Of a DNA stretch of 64,000 nt, positions 47,101-57,191 are shown one piece after another (within the stretch, counting starts at the first letter, position 1; the number at the start of each line of letters is the position of its first letter). Source of the DNA: a virus (taxonomy: Duplodnaviria > Heunggongvirae > Uroviricota > Caudoviricetes); the IMG/VR virus record IMGVR_UViG_3300031993_000021; one strand, written 5' to 3'. The notes under the pieces were generated by a model. It was not told the DNA's origin. It made no database searches and saw only the letters and a list, made by a program, of their open reading frames with translations. Both the position numbers and the translations under genes were made by a program.

Positions 47101-49133
47101 GATTAATCGGAACACTTGATGAACTAAAGAAAAGATTCAGCGACTTAAAACAAAAGATGGTCGAGTACGCAGAACAAAAAGGTTTGTTTGATGCAGTGGA
47201 TAGGCTTAAAGAAACCTTTGGTAAATTGCTTGAAAAGCTTGGCGATTTAAAGGATTTCTGGGACATTCTTTTGACTATAGCGTTCAAGGTTGAAGAGGTC
47301 TTTGGAAAAAGACTTGTTAATGCAATCAAGATTCTTGTATTTATTGTTGAACGTTTCATCAATCATATCAATAATCTGATTGATATCCTTGGTGGCGTAT
47401 CAACAATGATTAAAGGTGTTATCTCAGCAATACAAGGTGTTCTTACCCTAGATTTCGATAAAGCTAGTGAAGGTCTTGATAAGATAGGTGAAGGCTTTAA
47501 AAGGGCAGGAAAAGCGGCTGTTAATGATTTTGTTGATACGATGCTTCCTCAATGGGATGCAGTCAAGGATAAGATTACGAAAAAAGCTTCTGGTACATTA
47601 AGTGCTAGTTTAGCTGGAATTCCTGATCTTACAAAAGCAACTGCTCAAGCAACTGGAACGGCTATTGCTGATAATGAGGCAGCTTCATATACAGCAGCTA
47701 TTCAAGCGTTACAACCATCATTAGAAACATCTAATGCAATGATGGTTGCGGGTGTGCTTAAGAGTGTAGAAAAAGCAGATTATGCATCGGCAGGAAACAC
47801 ATTTGCAACCGGACAATACACTGCTTACACAGATAGCATAAATAATACAGATTTTGCTTCGCTTGGAACACTTTGGAATACGATGACTGGTGATGCGTTA
47901 AAGAATTCAAGCTCTGTATTCAATGATGCTAACACAGAAACATCCGAAGCAGGTGCGGCACAGTTTAGTGATGCTTATATGAATTATATGAACAATACAA
48001 GCACACTAGGACAAGGCATGTCTGATTATGGTCAAACAGTTGGGCAGACCTTTATCGAATCAGCTAATGCTGGGCTTTTGGATAATATGGGCTTAACAAA
48101 AGATGTTATCGGCAAGTGGTTTGATATTATTCAGGAAACTATGGATGACAATATGTCAAGGGTTTTGAATTCGGGATTCTTTGAGAAATTCATTAAAACC
48201 TTCGAATCAGGATTAAGCCCAGATAGATTCAAAATCATAGGAACATCAATAACGATTGCGATTGCGCTTGGTGTAAATCAGGGCATGTACGCAATGAATA
48301 CTGTGCTTAGTAATATCTTCATGTCTATGACACAGACAATCAATACATATATTGTTATGCTAAGCACAAATATTCAAACAATGCTAATGCCTATGTTTGC
48401 AACCGTCTTTGCTTCATTTATTACTTGGTTCGATGAAGCCATGAGCATGTGGTGGAATGAAAAAGTGGTATTCTGGTTCACTGCATCAAAATGGGATGAA
48501 GAGATATTCACACCGCTTGCAGAGAATATTCATGGACACTTTGAACTTTTCACTACATGGTGGGATACATCAATGAATGCATGGTGGGAAGATCAAGTAG
48601 CACCTTGGTTTGAAGAACAAAGATGGACGGATGAATTCAATCATATTCTTGATGCGGCTAAAGCGGTATTTACTTTGATTGAGGAACATATTCAGCAACA
48701 CATGGAAGCAGCTCAAGAAATAGTAGAACATTCTTGTGATAGCATGAAAGAAGCTATAAAGAGTGTCATGGATGAGATTGATGAGCTTATTGAAAAGTTG
48801 AATGAAGTTCCCAGTGAAGTTTCTTTCCATGCACCATATGGTTTTGCAAGCGGTGGTTTTCCTTCAACCGGTTCGTTATTCTTTGCAAATGAAGCAGGAC
48901 CAGAACTTGTTGGTACTATTCATGGAAATACTGCTGTTGCAAACAATAATGAGATTACAGGAATTAGGGAAGCGGTACTTGCAAGCGGAAATCAAGAATC
49001 AGAACTTTTAGCTAGACTTATCACGATAACGCAGGCACTTCTTGATAAAGAGCCTGTCGTTATTGATGATAGGGATATAGCAAGAATGGCTACAAGCGGT
49101 CAAGGTAGGCTTGGAATGAATATAATAACTTGA
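44136..49133 (+). CDS. tape measure protein
   Basis: 1665 aa, helical Trp/Phe-periodic repeats, C-terminal FASGGFP..GSLFFANEAGPELVG. Confidence 0.92.
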   Translation: MGMNTMNVDSLNIQIKSSATDAKNSINGLVDSLKSLNRQLGLKEGTKFVNTINAMSSAIETLTKNVNGMGNMASGLDKATESAEGVSKATQNATDNTKQLLAVVDKVSKEFGDYSKMVDRAFQLDTHQAFDSKPFADVTKKTEKLLPATTRVTEQIEKLVKDFNAINPTHFDNMEEGAKKAVVPIEELLNSIRNYKKVISETESGKRAFDLKLYNDAVVGLNKAKKAVDEYKKSLIGAEEATNTLSEKMTSLNTKTAVSSIPKDFKEVYENALKSAQAAEELAKGTHKAKSEIEQLLEKYREYKKLISEMESGKRPFDENEYNAAVKGYNQAKNAIEEYKKSLTKVPDKPKAFSFAQDLLPRLVVLEKEFDNIAGKLNMLAGKGVALFKLMVTPLKLAAKEYVEKFENLKSAVEGFRDHIISSLKRVSQFWARTMRTFTFMLVRKAITAIISEVNNAIKSLAQFSNAMGTQFNQSISNLVADFQYLGRSIVSVFAPLLETITPIIDAIVEKIATLLSYIGMLFAVLGGKSSFTKAKKEMVNYGAAAGKAAKSVSTLTMGIDELNILSENKGGGGGDGASNPLSGWEEIDIPDGVKHIANMLKKMWDDFMRPIKAAWEKMKDYFKKAWTYMLNQAKKLGKSIWDAFIEVWNEPKTIEMIANIFGIIADLMFVIGNLCKNFRESWDEVVDGATRGVHIFRGIRDIFAVLIEHVRNVTKYMIYWSDSITFDPLLDSIIKLLHSFYDLADFIGGVFEDVMKRVVLKYIKWMIEEGIPHLNHKIAEIIDAFDFEKIRQDLVPLEDAFERLLEHIHTGVTDALGNLGLQIAEFTNSEEFTDFLQRLADIMDMFSSEDVEKILTGIGMGILGVADGLVQFVNSDLFMSFLEKLDEWLENATAEDIATLLQRIAFAIGLFKFGAFAGEGFAGFLRFAMMLKSWTNLNTIAEGLTATGAGASTAAGGFAALAEPALLVAAVLALVVAAIYSLVSSYGGLIGTLDELKKRFSDLKQKMVEYAEQKGLFDAVDRLKETFGKLLEKLGDLKDFWDILLTIAFKVEEVFGKRLVNAIKILVFIVERFINHINNLIDILGGVSTMIKGVISAIQGVLTLDFDKASEGLDKIGEGFKRAGKAAVNDFVDTMLPQWDAVKDKITKKASGTLSASLAGIPDLTKATAQATGTAIADNEAASYTAAIQALQPSLETSNAMMVAGVLKSVEKADYASAGNTFATGQYTAYTDSINNTDFASLGTLWNTMTGDALKNSSSVFNDANTETSEAGAAQFSDAYMNYMNNTSTLGQGMSDYGQTVGQTFIESANAGLLDNMGLTKDVIGKWFDIIQETMDDNMSRVLNSGFFEKFIKTFESGLSPDRFKIIGTSITIAIALGVNQGMYAMNTVLSNIFMSMTQTINTYIVMLSTNIQTMLMPMFATVFASFITWFDEAMSMWWNEKVVFWFTASKWDEEIFTPLAENIHGHFELFTTWWDTSMNAWWEDQVAPWFEEQRWTDEFNHILDAAKAVFTLIEEHIQQHMEAAQEIVEHSCDSMKEAIKSVMDEIDELIEKLNEVPSEVSFHAPYGFASGGFPSTGSLFFANEAGPELVGTIHGNTAVANNNEITGIREAVLASGNQESELLARLITITQALLDKEPVVIDDRDIARMATSGQGRLGMNIIT

Positions 49134-49187
49134 TTTAAAGGTGGATGTCTGTCAAAGGGCATCCACTTATTTTATTGGAGGTGTGAG

Positions 49188-49571
49188 ATGGCATTTCTAG
49201 AAGTTAATGGAGTTGAATTACCGTGTCCAAGTGTAGGACTTGAGATTATCTTAAGTGATGCTGTTAATTCAGGTCGAAATGCTAACGCAGAGGTTATTGC
49301 AGAAAAGGTGGGCAAGACAAACCTTAAATACAATAACCTTATGTGGAAATGGCTTACACCTGATGAATGGCACCTTATATGTGATTTATTTTCAAATTTC
49401 TTTGTTACTGCAAAAGTATGGAGTCCGCTTAAAAATGATTTTGTAATGCTTAAGATGTATCCGGGCGATAGATCAGCGCAGGTATATTGGCTTGATGAAG
49501 ACCATACTAAACCAATGAACTTTATGGATTGTAAGGTCAATATCATTGATTGTGGACTTGTAGAACGATGA
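49188..49571 (+). CDS. minor tail (distal tail-like) protein
   Basis: follows tape measure gene; NSGRNANAEVI, MYPGDRS. Confidence 0.65.
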   Translation: MAFLEVNGVELPCPSVGLEIILSDAVNSGRNANAEVIAEKVGKTNLKYNNLMWKWLTPDEWHLICDLFSNFFVTAKVWSPLKNDFVMLKMYPGDRSAQVYWLDEDHTKPMNFMDCKVNIIDCGLVER

Positions 49572-49581
49572 GGGCTAACAG

Positions 49582-51825
49582 ATGCAAGCAGTAAGTTCAG
49601 CATATAGAGCAGAGCAAAAAGAATATTTACGAGAAGAAGGATATATTTGGGTATATCTAGGCGTTATTTCCAAAGAAGCTCAGTCATATGGTAAAGCTAA
49701 TGGAACATTTACGATGTATTCTTCACCTCAACTTGTTACTTCGACTGTAAATTTCGAGGGATATTATGCTATTCCAGAAGAAAATTTTATAAAAGCAGAT
49801 GGCACACAGTATTTTTTGCCAAGAAATAAGAACTCTGTAGCTTTATATCAAGGTATAGTAACTCAGGAGATGTGCGACGCAGTTACTTTTACATTTGGAA
49901 AATACACTCACCTTGACATCAAGGGGCTTACTATTGATTTTGGTGAGTTTTATCCTACAAGTTTTGATATAACCAATGGGACATATACATATTCATATAC
50001 CAATGACAAGCCTGGCGAATGGGTTACAGAAGATATTTTTAGAGACACAGATCATATAACAATAACTCCACATGCAATAGTAGGAGGGCAGAAGAGATTA
50101 AGAATATTATCAATTCTATTTGGTATTGGACTTATGTTTGATAATAATTCGCTTATTGCGACGTCATGGAAATCCGAATGCTCACATATTTCAAATGAAC
50201 TACCCACAAAATCTTTTTCATTTTCCATTGATAATATAAGCAAAAAGTTTGCTGCTGATGATCCTAATTCATATCTTGCTTTCCTTGAAGAACAGCAGGA
50301 AGTTGAGTTTGAATATGGACGAAATCTTTCCGATGGGACGCTTTATACAATTCCTGGTGGAAAATTAAGGCTTAAAACATGGTCAAGTGATGATATGCAG
50401 GCAAATTTCAATGCAGTAGGATTTCTTGATTATACAGAAACAAAGTACTACAAAGGCAAGTATTATCCTAATGGGATTTCGTTTTATGACCTTGCTGTTG
50501 AAGTATGTCAGGATGCAGGGATAGACAATTATAGAATTGATAATTACTTGCAGACAATGCATACAAAGAATCCTTTACCTGTAGAGAAGCATAAGAACTT
50601 ATTGCAGCTTATAGCAAATGCAGCTCGTTCAATCATGCGAGAAACAAGAGATGGTGGTATAGAGATAAAGAGTTCGTTTACGCCGGATATCGTAAGTGTA
50701 ACAACAAATGGTCAAACTATTTATTCAAATGCTGGAAATGTAGTTGACGCGGACATTACAGTAAGTGATTATGCAACGTCTGAGAAAGATTTTTCACGTA
50801 TAGATGGTTTGCATTATTTCTTGCCTAGAACATCAAGTACATATGCGGCTACTGGCTTTATTTCATCTCATGTTTCGGATGCGGATGGAGAATTTATAAC
50901 AAAACCTGAGATAACTATAGAATGGGAAACTGCTTGGACATTCTTTGGAATGAGCATGGCATTTTATAACGTTAAACCAAACAGTCTTACAATCTATGCT
51001 TATCATTACAACGACCTTGTAAGTACTAAAGAATATGATGAACTTGATTATATGACTGCTATTGAAGATGCATTCATGGATATAAGCAAACTTCGTATCG
51101 TATTTAATAGCACAAGTCCATATCAAAGAATTCATCTTTCACATATGGCTTTTGGAGATATTACAGATTACGTCATTGATTATTCAGATATGACAGCATC
51201 ACCAACAGCCTCCGTGGCAGAAAAGATAAAGAATGTAAACGTTACATATTATGAATACAGTTACGGAAGTTCACAAAAGAAGATAAGTTCAACAATGGCT
51301 ATAGCAGGGACTAACATTGTCACATTCAACAATCCTGCACATAACTACTCATTAAGCTATGCAGGCGGTCAGACGGGAACTCTTACTATTATAAATAGCG
51401 GTGCTTATTATGTTGAATTTACTTCTACAATTGCAGCGGAAGTAAACATAAATGGTATTGAATTTGTTGTATCGACGAAAGAATTAACTCAGGAAGTAAG
51501 ACAGATAGGAACAGATAAGACAGCTTCTAATATGCTCATTGATAATGCAACAGACGCACAGAATGAAGCAGAGTGGCTTGCAGAATATTTTGCAAACGAT
51601 ATTGATTATGTCATTTCATATCGAGGTGAGCCTGCATTAGATCCTGATGACCTTATCTATACAGAAAATAAGAGCATTGAAAGAAATCTTGTCAGGATAA
51701 CAAGTACACAGATTGATACAAGTACCGGAATGAGCATGGCTTGTAAATTAACTGCAAGACGAGTAAGCTACGTACTTCCCGCGGTCGTAAGTTCTGCAAT
51801 AGCTGGCGAAAGTGCTGTGCATTAA
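49582..51825 (+). CDS. baseplate/tail tip protein
   Basis: 747 aa with internal duplication of the FxxxDGxxYFLPR module; YRGEPALDPDD. Confidence 0.7.
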   Translation: MQAVSSAYRAEQKEYLREEGYIWVYLGVISKEAQSYGKANGTFTMYSSPQLVTSTVNFEGYYAIPEENFIKADGTQYFLPRNKNSVALYQGIVTQEMCDAVTFTFGKYTHLDIKGLTIDFGEFYPTSFDITNGTYTYSYTNDKPGEWVTEDIFRDTDHITITPHAIVGGQKRLRILSILFGIGLMFDNNSLIATSWKSECSHISNELPTKSFSFSIDNISKKFAADDPNSYLAFLEEQQEVEFEYGRNLSDGTLYTIPGGKLRLKTWSSDDMQANFNAVGFLDYTETKYYKGKYYPNGISFYDLAVEVCQDAGIDNYRIDNYLQTMHTKNPLPVEKHKNLLQLIANAARSIMRETRDGGIEIKSSFTPDIVSVTTNGQTIYSNAGNVVDADITVSDYATSEKDFSRIDGLHYFLPRTSSTYAATGFISSHVSDADGEFITKPEITIEWETAWTFFGMSMAFYNVKPNSLTIYAYHYNDLVSTKEYDELDYMTAIEDAFMDISKLRIVFNSTSPYQRIHLSHMAFGDITDYVIDYSDMTASPTASVAEKIKNVNVTYYEYSYGSSQKKISSTMAIAGTNIVTFNNPAHNYSLSYAGGQTGTLTIINSGAYYVEFTSTIAAEVNINGIEFVVSTKELTQEVRQIGTDKTASNMLIDNATDAQNEAEWLAEYFANDIDYVISYRGEPALDPDDLIYTENKSIERNLVRITSTQIDTSTGMSMACKLTARRVSYVLPAVVSSAIAGESAVH

Positions 51826-51834
51826 GGAGGCAAT

Positions 51835-53286
51835 ATGGCATATTCTAAACACGTATGGAGAAAAGGTGAGATAATCAGTGCCGAGAATCTTAACAATATT
51901 GAGAATGGTATTGCTAATGAAGAATCAAGAGCAATTGGAACGGAAGAAATCTTAGATGACAAGATTGATTCGAATAAAACAATTTCCGATGATGCTATCT
52001 CGACCGAAACAATAAGAGCTACTGAGGCAGAGAGTGAATTGTCAGAAAGAATCAATTCTTTGAATACAGACTTTACACTTCTAAAAAATTATGTTGATTC
52101 AAAAATGGCATCAACATATAAGGCGAGTGGTTCTATCTATTTTGCTGAGTTACCTGAACTAAGTGCAAATTATGTCGGAAACGTATATAACATAAAAGAT
52201 GACTTTGTAACAACATCTGATTTCTATGAAGGTGCCGGTTATTCATATGTTGCAGGTACTAATGTAACAATAATAGAAATTGATGTAGATTCATATCATG
52301 TTAGACAGGTAGACCAAGATGAAAATCCTAACGAATTAGGGTTGTATGAGTATGACAGCCAGACAGATACATATTTCCTTACTGAAGATACATCCCCTGT
52401 AAGCGGGAAAACATATTACAGTAAGTTAACTGAGATTGAATATTATTATGATGTAATGGCATCTTCCATAGACACATCTCAGTTTGTAAAATATACAGAC
52501 ATTGCAACTAATAGCAAGGTGGGAATTTGTAAGCCTGATGGAAACAGCATTATAATGAATGACCGTGGAACATTTTATTACAACATAAGAAATCCGCGTG
52601 ATGCAACTAGTATTATAAGTAATTTATCCCTTGCTGTTCATCATGCAGAGCTTGCAAGATATGGCTTTAATATTGGTGATTGGTTCAACGGAACAAATTA
52701 TAGATACTTTATTGCTGGTTACAATACATTTCGCGGTAATCGTTCTGGTGCAGCTGATCCGGCAAGTTCAATTTGTTCAGATGTTGACCATATTGTTCTT
52801 ATTTTCTCAGTAGGTCAGATGAAATGGCATGATTCTGGAACATCCGTAATGGATGTAGGATATGCAGGTTCAGATTATCAGGATTATTTAGAGACAACTG
52901 TTCTTGATAATGTTAAGTCGGACATGTTAGAGCTTTTTGACGGAGAAACAGGACTTGAGTATTTAAGAGATATAACCAAGTATTATCGAGGAAATGATGC
53001 TGAAACATCTCTTACAAGAGTACGTCATCAATATATCTGCGCTCTTACTGAAAGACAGATATTTGGCTCAACAATTTATTCTAAAGATCCTTTACAGACT
53101 GGTGAAGCATATTCACAGCTTGAAATATTCCAGAAATATCTGCCAGTAATGAGCCTTGAAGGTGGTTTTTGGCTTAGAGATATTGCATCAGAAACAACAG
53201 CTTGTTGCATCAATGATACCGGACTTCCAGGAACAGATACATTTGATAGCTTGAGAAACGGTGCAGCAATGATTCTATTTAGATAA
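51835..53286 (+). CDS. tail-associated receptor-binding protein
   Basis: N-terminal coiled coil, YKASGS..FAELP module, C-terminal IGDWF...FWLRD globular domain. Confidence 0.6.
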   Translation: MAYSKHVWRKGEIISAENLNNIENGIANEESRAIGTEEILDDKIDSNKTISDDAISTETIRATEAESELSERINSLNTDFTLLKNYVDSKMASTYKASGSIYFAELPELSANYVGNVYNIKDDFVTTSDFYEGAGYSYVAGTNVTIIEIDVDSYHVRQVDQDENPNELGLYEYDSQTDTYFLTEDTSPVSGKTYYSKLTEIEYYYDVMASSIDTSQFVKYTDIATNSKVGICKPDGNSIIMNDRGTFYYNIRNPRDATSIISNLSLAVHHAELARYGFNIGDWFNGTNYRYFIAGYNTFRGNRSGAADPASSICSDVDHIVLIFSVGQMKWHDSGTSVMDVGYAGSDYQDYLETTVLDNVKSDMLELFDGETGLEYLRDITKYYRGNDAETSLTRVRHQYICALTERQIFGSTIYSKDPLQTGEAYSQLEIFQKYLPVMSLEGGFWLRDIASETTACCINDTGLPGTDTFDSLRNGAAMILFR

Positions 53287-53295
53287 GGAGTTATT

Positions 53296-53760
53296 ATGGC
53301 TTGGACAACACCTAAAACTGATTGGAAAGCAGAATATAGTAATATTGAGATTTATTTGGGCGATTTCTTCAATGTTGAAGATTATAACCGTATCAAGAAT
53401 AATCTTCAGTACATTGATGATAGAGCTAAAGAATTATTTTATGGGCTTCCGGTATTAAACCTTGGTGCTGACAAGCATTTCCCGATACCAGGAAGCCCTA
53501 ATTTTAATAACGATAATATTTTTGCAGATGAGATAAATGCTATTGAGAATGGATTACAAGGGATACAGGATGTCATAGCCTTATTTGATTATGGAACAGC
53601 GAAGTTATTTTATGAGAATGGAGCATTTATTGATTACAACGAACTTAATAGGATAGAAAGTGCTTTGCTTGATTTACATGAGCATATCGAAAGTTCTATC
53701 GCAGGTAAGATGAGGCTTTCTTTCAGGCTTGGACAGACTGGAAGTACAATAAAAGTTTAA
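53296..53760 (+). CDS. minor tail protein
   Basis: MAWTTPKTDWK...DYNRIKNN...ELNRIE. Confidence 0.65.
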   Translation: MAWTTPKTDWKAEYSNIEIYLGDFFNVEDYNRIKNNLQYIDDRAKELFYGLPVLNLGADKHFPIPGSPNFNNDNIFADEINAIENGLQGIQDVIALFDYGTAKLFYENGAFIDYNELNRIESALLDLHEHIESSIAGKMRLSFRLGQTGSTIKV

Positions 53761-53774
53761 GGGAAAGGAAGGTA

Positions 53775-54011
53775 ATGGATATGGACAAACTTACAAGCAG
53801 AAAATTTTGGATCTGTGTAGCAGCGTTCTTGGCAAGTGTAGCAACGTCAATTTCAGGAATTTCCACAAGTAATCAGACGGTTACTATTATCGGAACGGTT
53901 TGCGGAATTTTCTCAGCAGCTATCTATGCATTTTGTGAAGCATGGGTTGATGCAAAATCGCTTGATGTTGATATAAGCAAGATGCCTTTAGATGAAGATG
54001 AGGATGAGTAA
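53775..54011 (+). CDS. holin
   Basis: KLTSRKFWICVAAFL, two TM helices, acidic tail, overlaps endolysin start. Confidence 0.85.
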   Translation: MDMDKLTSRKFWICVAAFLASVATSISGISTSNQTVTIIGTVCGIFSAAIYAFCEAWVDAKSLDVDISKMPLDEDEDE

Positions 54012-54718
54012 TGAATACGGTAGACAAGGTGCTTAAGATTGCATCCGATGAGGTTGGTTATTTGGAAAAATCGAAAGTTGCCTATCAAAAGAATCCGGAT
54101 ATTATCTATGAAAAGACTGCGGGAGCAGGAAATGACAATATAACTAAGTATGGTTATGAGATGAATAAGATATATCCTGCCACAATGGATAAGTTCTCTC
54201 TTTGGTGTGATGCATTTGTAGATTGGTGCTTTTATAAGGCTTATGGTGTAGCAACTGCAAAATCTTTATTAAATGGTGGCTTTGATGATTATACCGTTGC
54301 TTCATGCAAAATGTACGAGAAGTACGGTGCACTTGATAAAACACCGAAGATAGGAGATCAGGTCTTTTATACTAAAAATGGTAAATCAAGTGGATGCTAC
54401 CATACAGGTATTGTTTATAACGTAGATTTGGAGTTTTTCTACACTATAGAAGGAAATACATCCAACGCTAATGCTGTTGTAAGAAATGGTGGCGGTGTTT
54501 CAAAAAAGAAATACAAGAAAAGCAGTTATATAGGCAAAGTGCTGTTCGGACATCCCAAATATGATTCTTTGCAAACTAAGACTATTGATGAAATTGCACT
54601 TGAAGTCATTGCAGGAAAATGGGGCAATGGAGCAGAAAGGAAGAAGCGTTTAACCGAAGCGGGATATAATTATGAAATTGTTAAGAAAGCGGTCAATAAA
54701 TTATATGACAAGAGATAA
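54011..54718 (+). CDS. endolysin: CHAP domain plus Cpl-7 (CW_7) cell-wall-binding repeat
   Basis: WCDAFVDWC, HTGIV, TIEGNTS; KTIDEIALEVIAGKWGNGAERKKRLTEAGYNY. Confidence 0.9.
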   Translation: MNTVDKVLKIASDEVGYLEKSKVAYQKNPDIIYEKTAGAGNDNITKYGYEMNKIYPATMDKFSLWCDAFVDWCFYKAYGVATAKSLLNGGFDDYTVASCKMYEKYGALDKTPKIGDQVFYTKNGKSSGCYHTGIVYNVDLEFFYTIEGNTSNANAVVRNGGGVSKKKYKKSSYIGKVLFGHPKYDSLQTKTIDEIALEVIAGKWGNGAERKKRLTEAGYNYEIVKKAVNKLYDKR

Positions 54719-54769
54719 AAATAAATGTATAATAAATTAGAAGTAATACTGAAAGGATAAGTTTTAATT

Positions 54770-55096
54770 ATGAAAAGTGCAGCGGATAACTTGAAGAATG
54801 AATTGGGGATTGATATAGACAAGCCAATTCCTGCCTCTTTCAATGTGCCTTATTATGTTCATCAAGATGATATGAACAGACAGGAACAGAGCCATAAAAT
54901 AGAAAGCAACTGGAAAAACGCAATCATTTGTGGACTTATCTTTGTCTATGTTATTACTATCTTTGGCTTTCTTATTTATGAATCAAACAAGCCAAGCACT
55001 CCGGTTACTGTCACGCAGACTACACCAAGTGGGAATAATAGTTCTTATATAGGCAGAGACAATATGAGTGTAAACACACCCGAAGCGACGGAATAA
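54770..55096 (+). CDS. single-TM hypothetical protein
   Basis: VPYYVHQDDMNR...AIICGLIFVYVITIFGFLIYE. Confidence 0.6.
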   Translation: MKSAADNLKNELGIDIDKPIPASFNVPYYVHQDDMNRQEQSHKIESNWKNAIICGLIFVYVITIFGFLIYESNKPSTPVTVTQTTPSGNNSSYIGRDNMSVNTPEATE

Positions 55097-55175
55097 TATA
55101 TAGCTAGTTTTTTAGGGAGTTCCTAATAGGAACTTCCTTTTTTGTTGCCTTTTTTGAGGCAGAAAGGAGAAATAT

Positions 55176-55904
55176 ATGTCACTAAAAACTGATTATAAAG
55201 ATGATATATTCAGCGGTGATCGTAAATATACCCAAGTAGACAATGGTGATGGTACTATATCATTTACTGATGTAACAGAATATGACCAGGTTGGAGACAT
55301 ATTTGGTGCGACTCAGATAAATGAGATTGATGGAAAGATAAATGGGCATGATACAAGTATTTCTACCATTAATTCAAGCATATCTACCATAAATACAAAT
55401 ATAAACAATCTTAATAGCGAACTTACAGCAAGTGGAACTAAGTTTTATTTCGATTACAAAAATGGCAAGTGGGGGTGGAATTCAAGCCCTGCGCGGGGTG
55501 CCGGTACATTTCACCCTTTTAAGCAATACAGTGCAGCTGGCTCATATTCTATAGATGCACTGTTTCATGTAGGTGGTTCAGAGAATGGTAAGGCAAGTAC
55601 ACAGTTGACACTTCCAAGAATGACAGATGATGGTGTTTTATCTCTTACACAATCTATCTTGTCAGGCTATCGTGGACAAACAACTGCGGTAGATAATAAC
55701 ACACACGGTTATATTACCTTTACCAATAATACGAGAGGCACGAGTATAGCTTATGGTAGAGATGGAAATTATCAATATTCAGTATCGATAAGTGGATATA
55801 ATTTAACCTATTATGCTGGGGATATAATAACAGTTTACTGTGAAGCACAGCAGAAATCTTCTTGGCATGCATATGCTTATTTTGCTTATTCGCTTTCGGC
55901 ATAA
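55176..55904 (+). CDS. short tail-fibre-like protein
   Basis: LKTDYKDDIFSGDRKY..GDIFGATQINEI, heptad stalk, YFDYKNGKWGW. Confidence 0.6.
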   Translation: MSLKTDYKDDIFSGDRKYTQVDNGDGTISFTDVTEYDQVGDIFGATQINEIDGKINGHDTSISTINSSISTINTNINNLNSELTASGTKFYFDYKNGKWGWNSSPARGAGTFHPFKQYSAAGSYSIDALFHVGGSENGKASTQLTLPRMTDDGVLSLTQSILSGYRGQTTAVDNNTHGYITFTNNTRGTSIAYGRDGNYQYSVSISGYNLTYYAGDIITVYCEAQQKSSWHAYAYFAYSLSA

Positions 55905-55920
55905 TTTTATCGAGGATAAA

Positions 55921-56160
55921 ATGAAATATAACGAACATAAAATACAGGATATGAAAAGATCAGATATAGAGAAGATTGTAAATGAATATGTTATTGGATT
56001 TAAGGCAAAGCGTAATCGCAAGTTGCTTTTGCTTAGATGGTGCGACGGACTAACTTTCGAGGAATTAGCAGAAGAACTGGACATGTCAGTAAGTCAAGTA
56101 AAGAAGATAACATATGAATATGAAAAGGTTTTATGCAAACATTTACGGGTAGAGGATTAA
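55921..56160 (+). CDS. sigma70 region 4-like HTH protein
   Basis: LLRWCDGLTFEELAEELDMSVSQVKKI. Confidence 0.75.
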   Translation: MKYNEHKIQDMKRSDIEKIVNEYVIGFKAKRNRKLLLLRWCDGLTFEELAEELDMSVSQVKKITYEYEKVLCKHLRVED

Positions 56161-56175
56161 ACCTCTACCCGCTTT

Positions 56176-56337
56176 TTATTTGTTCTTTGTTATTTCATCA
56201 AAGATTTTCTGAATTTCGTCCTTGGGAATATTCGGAATAGATGATTTAATGATATCTATTGATACGCCATTCTTATATAAGTTTTCAGCTATTTTTTTGC
56301 AAGCTTTAAGCTCAACTTGGTCTAATACATCACACAT
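56176..56337 (-). CDS. internal in-frame small protein (RpnS-like antitoxin, 53 aa)
   Basis: AAGGAGGTagtaccATG inside the gene; MCDVLDQVELKACKKIAENLYKNGVSIDIIK. Confidence 0.6.
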   Translation of the reverse strand: MCDVLDQVELKACKKIAENLYKNGVSIDIIKSSIPNIPKDEIQKIFDEITKNK

Positions 56338-57009
56338 GGTACTACCTCCTTCCACGAGTTCTCCTTGTATACTCTCAAATCTATCATCATCAGTTAGAAC
56401 AGAGAGAATTTTCAGGAGTGGATCTGGATACTCTATTTTTTCTGTTATTTCTGCAACTTTGCTTTTATCATGCATAAATTTTGCAAGAATCTTAAAGTCA
56501 CTATGAAATAGATTATCGATTTCTTCATTGGACATATGAGCAATATCAAATACGTTTATATGATAATCGCTAACATATTTATCTAGGCATTTTGGAATGT
56601 CTAATCTTTCTTTAAGACTTCTTGGTGCACTCCAAGGCTTTTCGCCATAATACAATACTATTGTTATTACCGGATATCTGCTTGGATTGTCTTTGTCTAA
56701 GAGTTGGCTTCTGTATGAAGCGCCATCATAACCAATTACTCTCAAGACCATATCATTGTCTATTTTCGTTTGATTTTCAATGCCGATAATTGAAAAAATG
56801 ACATCTTCTTTTACCCATCTTTTTGCAATATCACGTTCTTGCTCATGGAGCTTGCTGTCATCAGCTTTATATTGCGATTTCGTAGGTAGGTCTAATAATT
56901 CATCTTCTTTGATTGTTTGATTTCCTCCAAAGAGAGTTCCGTTGATAATATCGGCAAATATCTTGTTTATCTCTTCAAAGTGTTTTTCTGCAATGTCTTT
57001 AGTTCCCAT
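56176..57009 (-). CDS. Rpn-family PD-(D/E)XK nuclease (putative transposase/defence toxin)
   Basis: ERDIAK...IIGIENQT...LRVIGYDG..Y...PVITIVLYYG. Confidence 0.85.
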   Translation of the reverse strand: MGTKDIAEKHFEEINKIFADIINGTLFGGNQTIKEDELLDLPTKSQYKADDSKLHEQERDIAKRWVKEDVIFSIIGIENQTKIDNDMVLRVIGYDGASYRSQLLDKDNPSRYPVITIVLYYGEKPWSAPRSLKERLDIPKCLDKYVSDYHINVFDIAHMSNEEIDNLFHSDFKILAKFMHDKSKVAEITEKIEYPDPLLKILSVLTDDDRFESIQGELVEGGSTMCDVLDQVELKACKKIAENLYKNGVSIDIIKSSIPNIPKDEIQKIFDEITKNK

Positions 57010-57191
57010 TAAATCCCCTTGTAAAACTTAGTGAATGTCACAATATATTAGACATTCTGTAATTTCATAATAGCAGAAAGAGGGTAAAAGTCAAATTAAC
57101 AAAATAATACTTTTTTAATACTTTATTCATACTATTACCGTATTTTACGCGGTTTTCACACTCTTTAAAATGTTATTAGAGGGTAAAGGTT

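Noticed and set aside
52600-53286. DGR target in the C-terminal globular domain of the tail protein
   Set aside because: No reverse transcriptase and no template/variable repeat pair seen in the window.
55415-55422. tagcgaac resembling the invertase site, in the short fibre gene
   Set aside because: Only 8 nt, different reading frame from the real crossover, and no partner cassette nearby.
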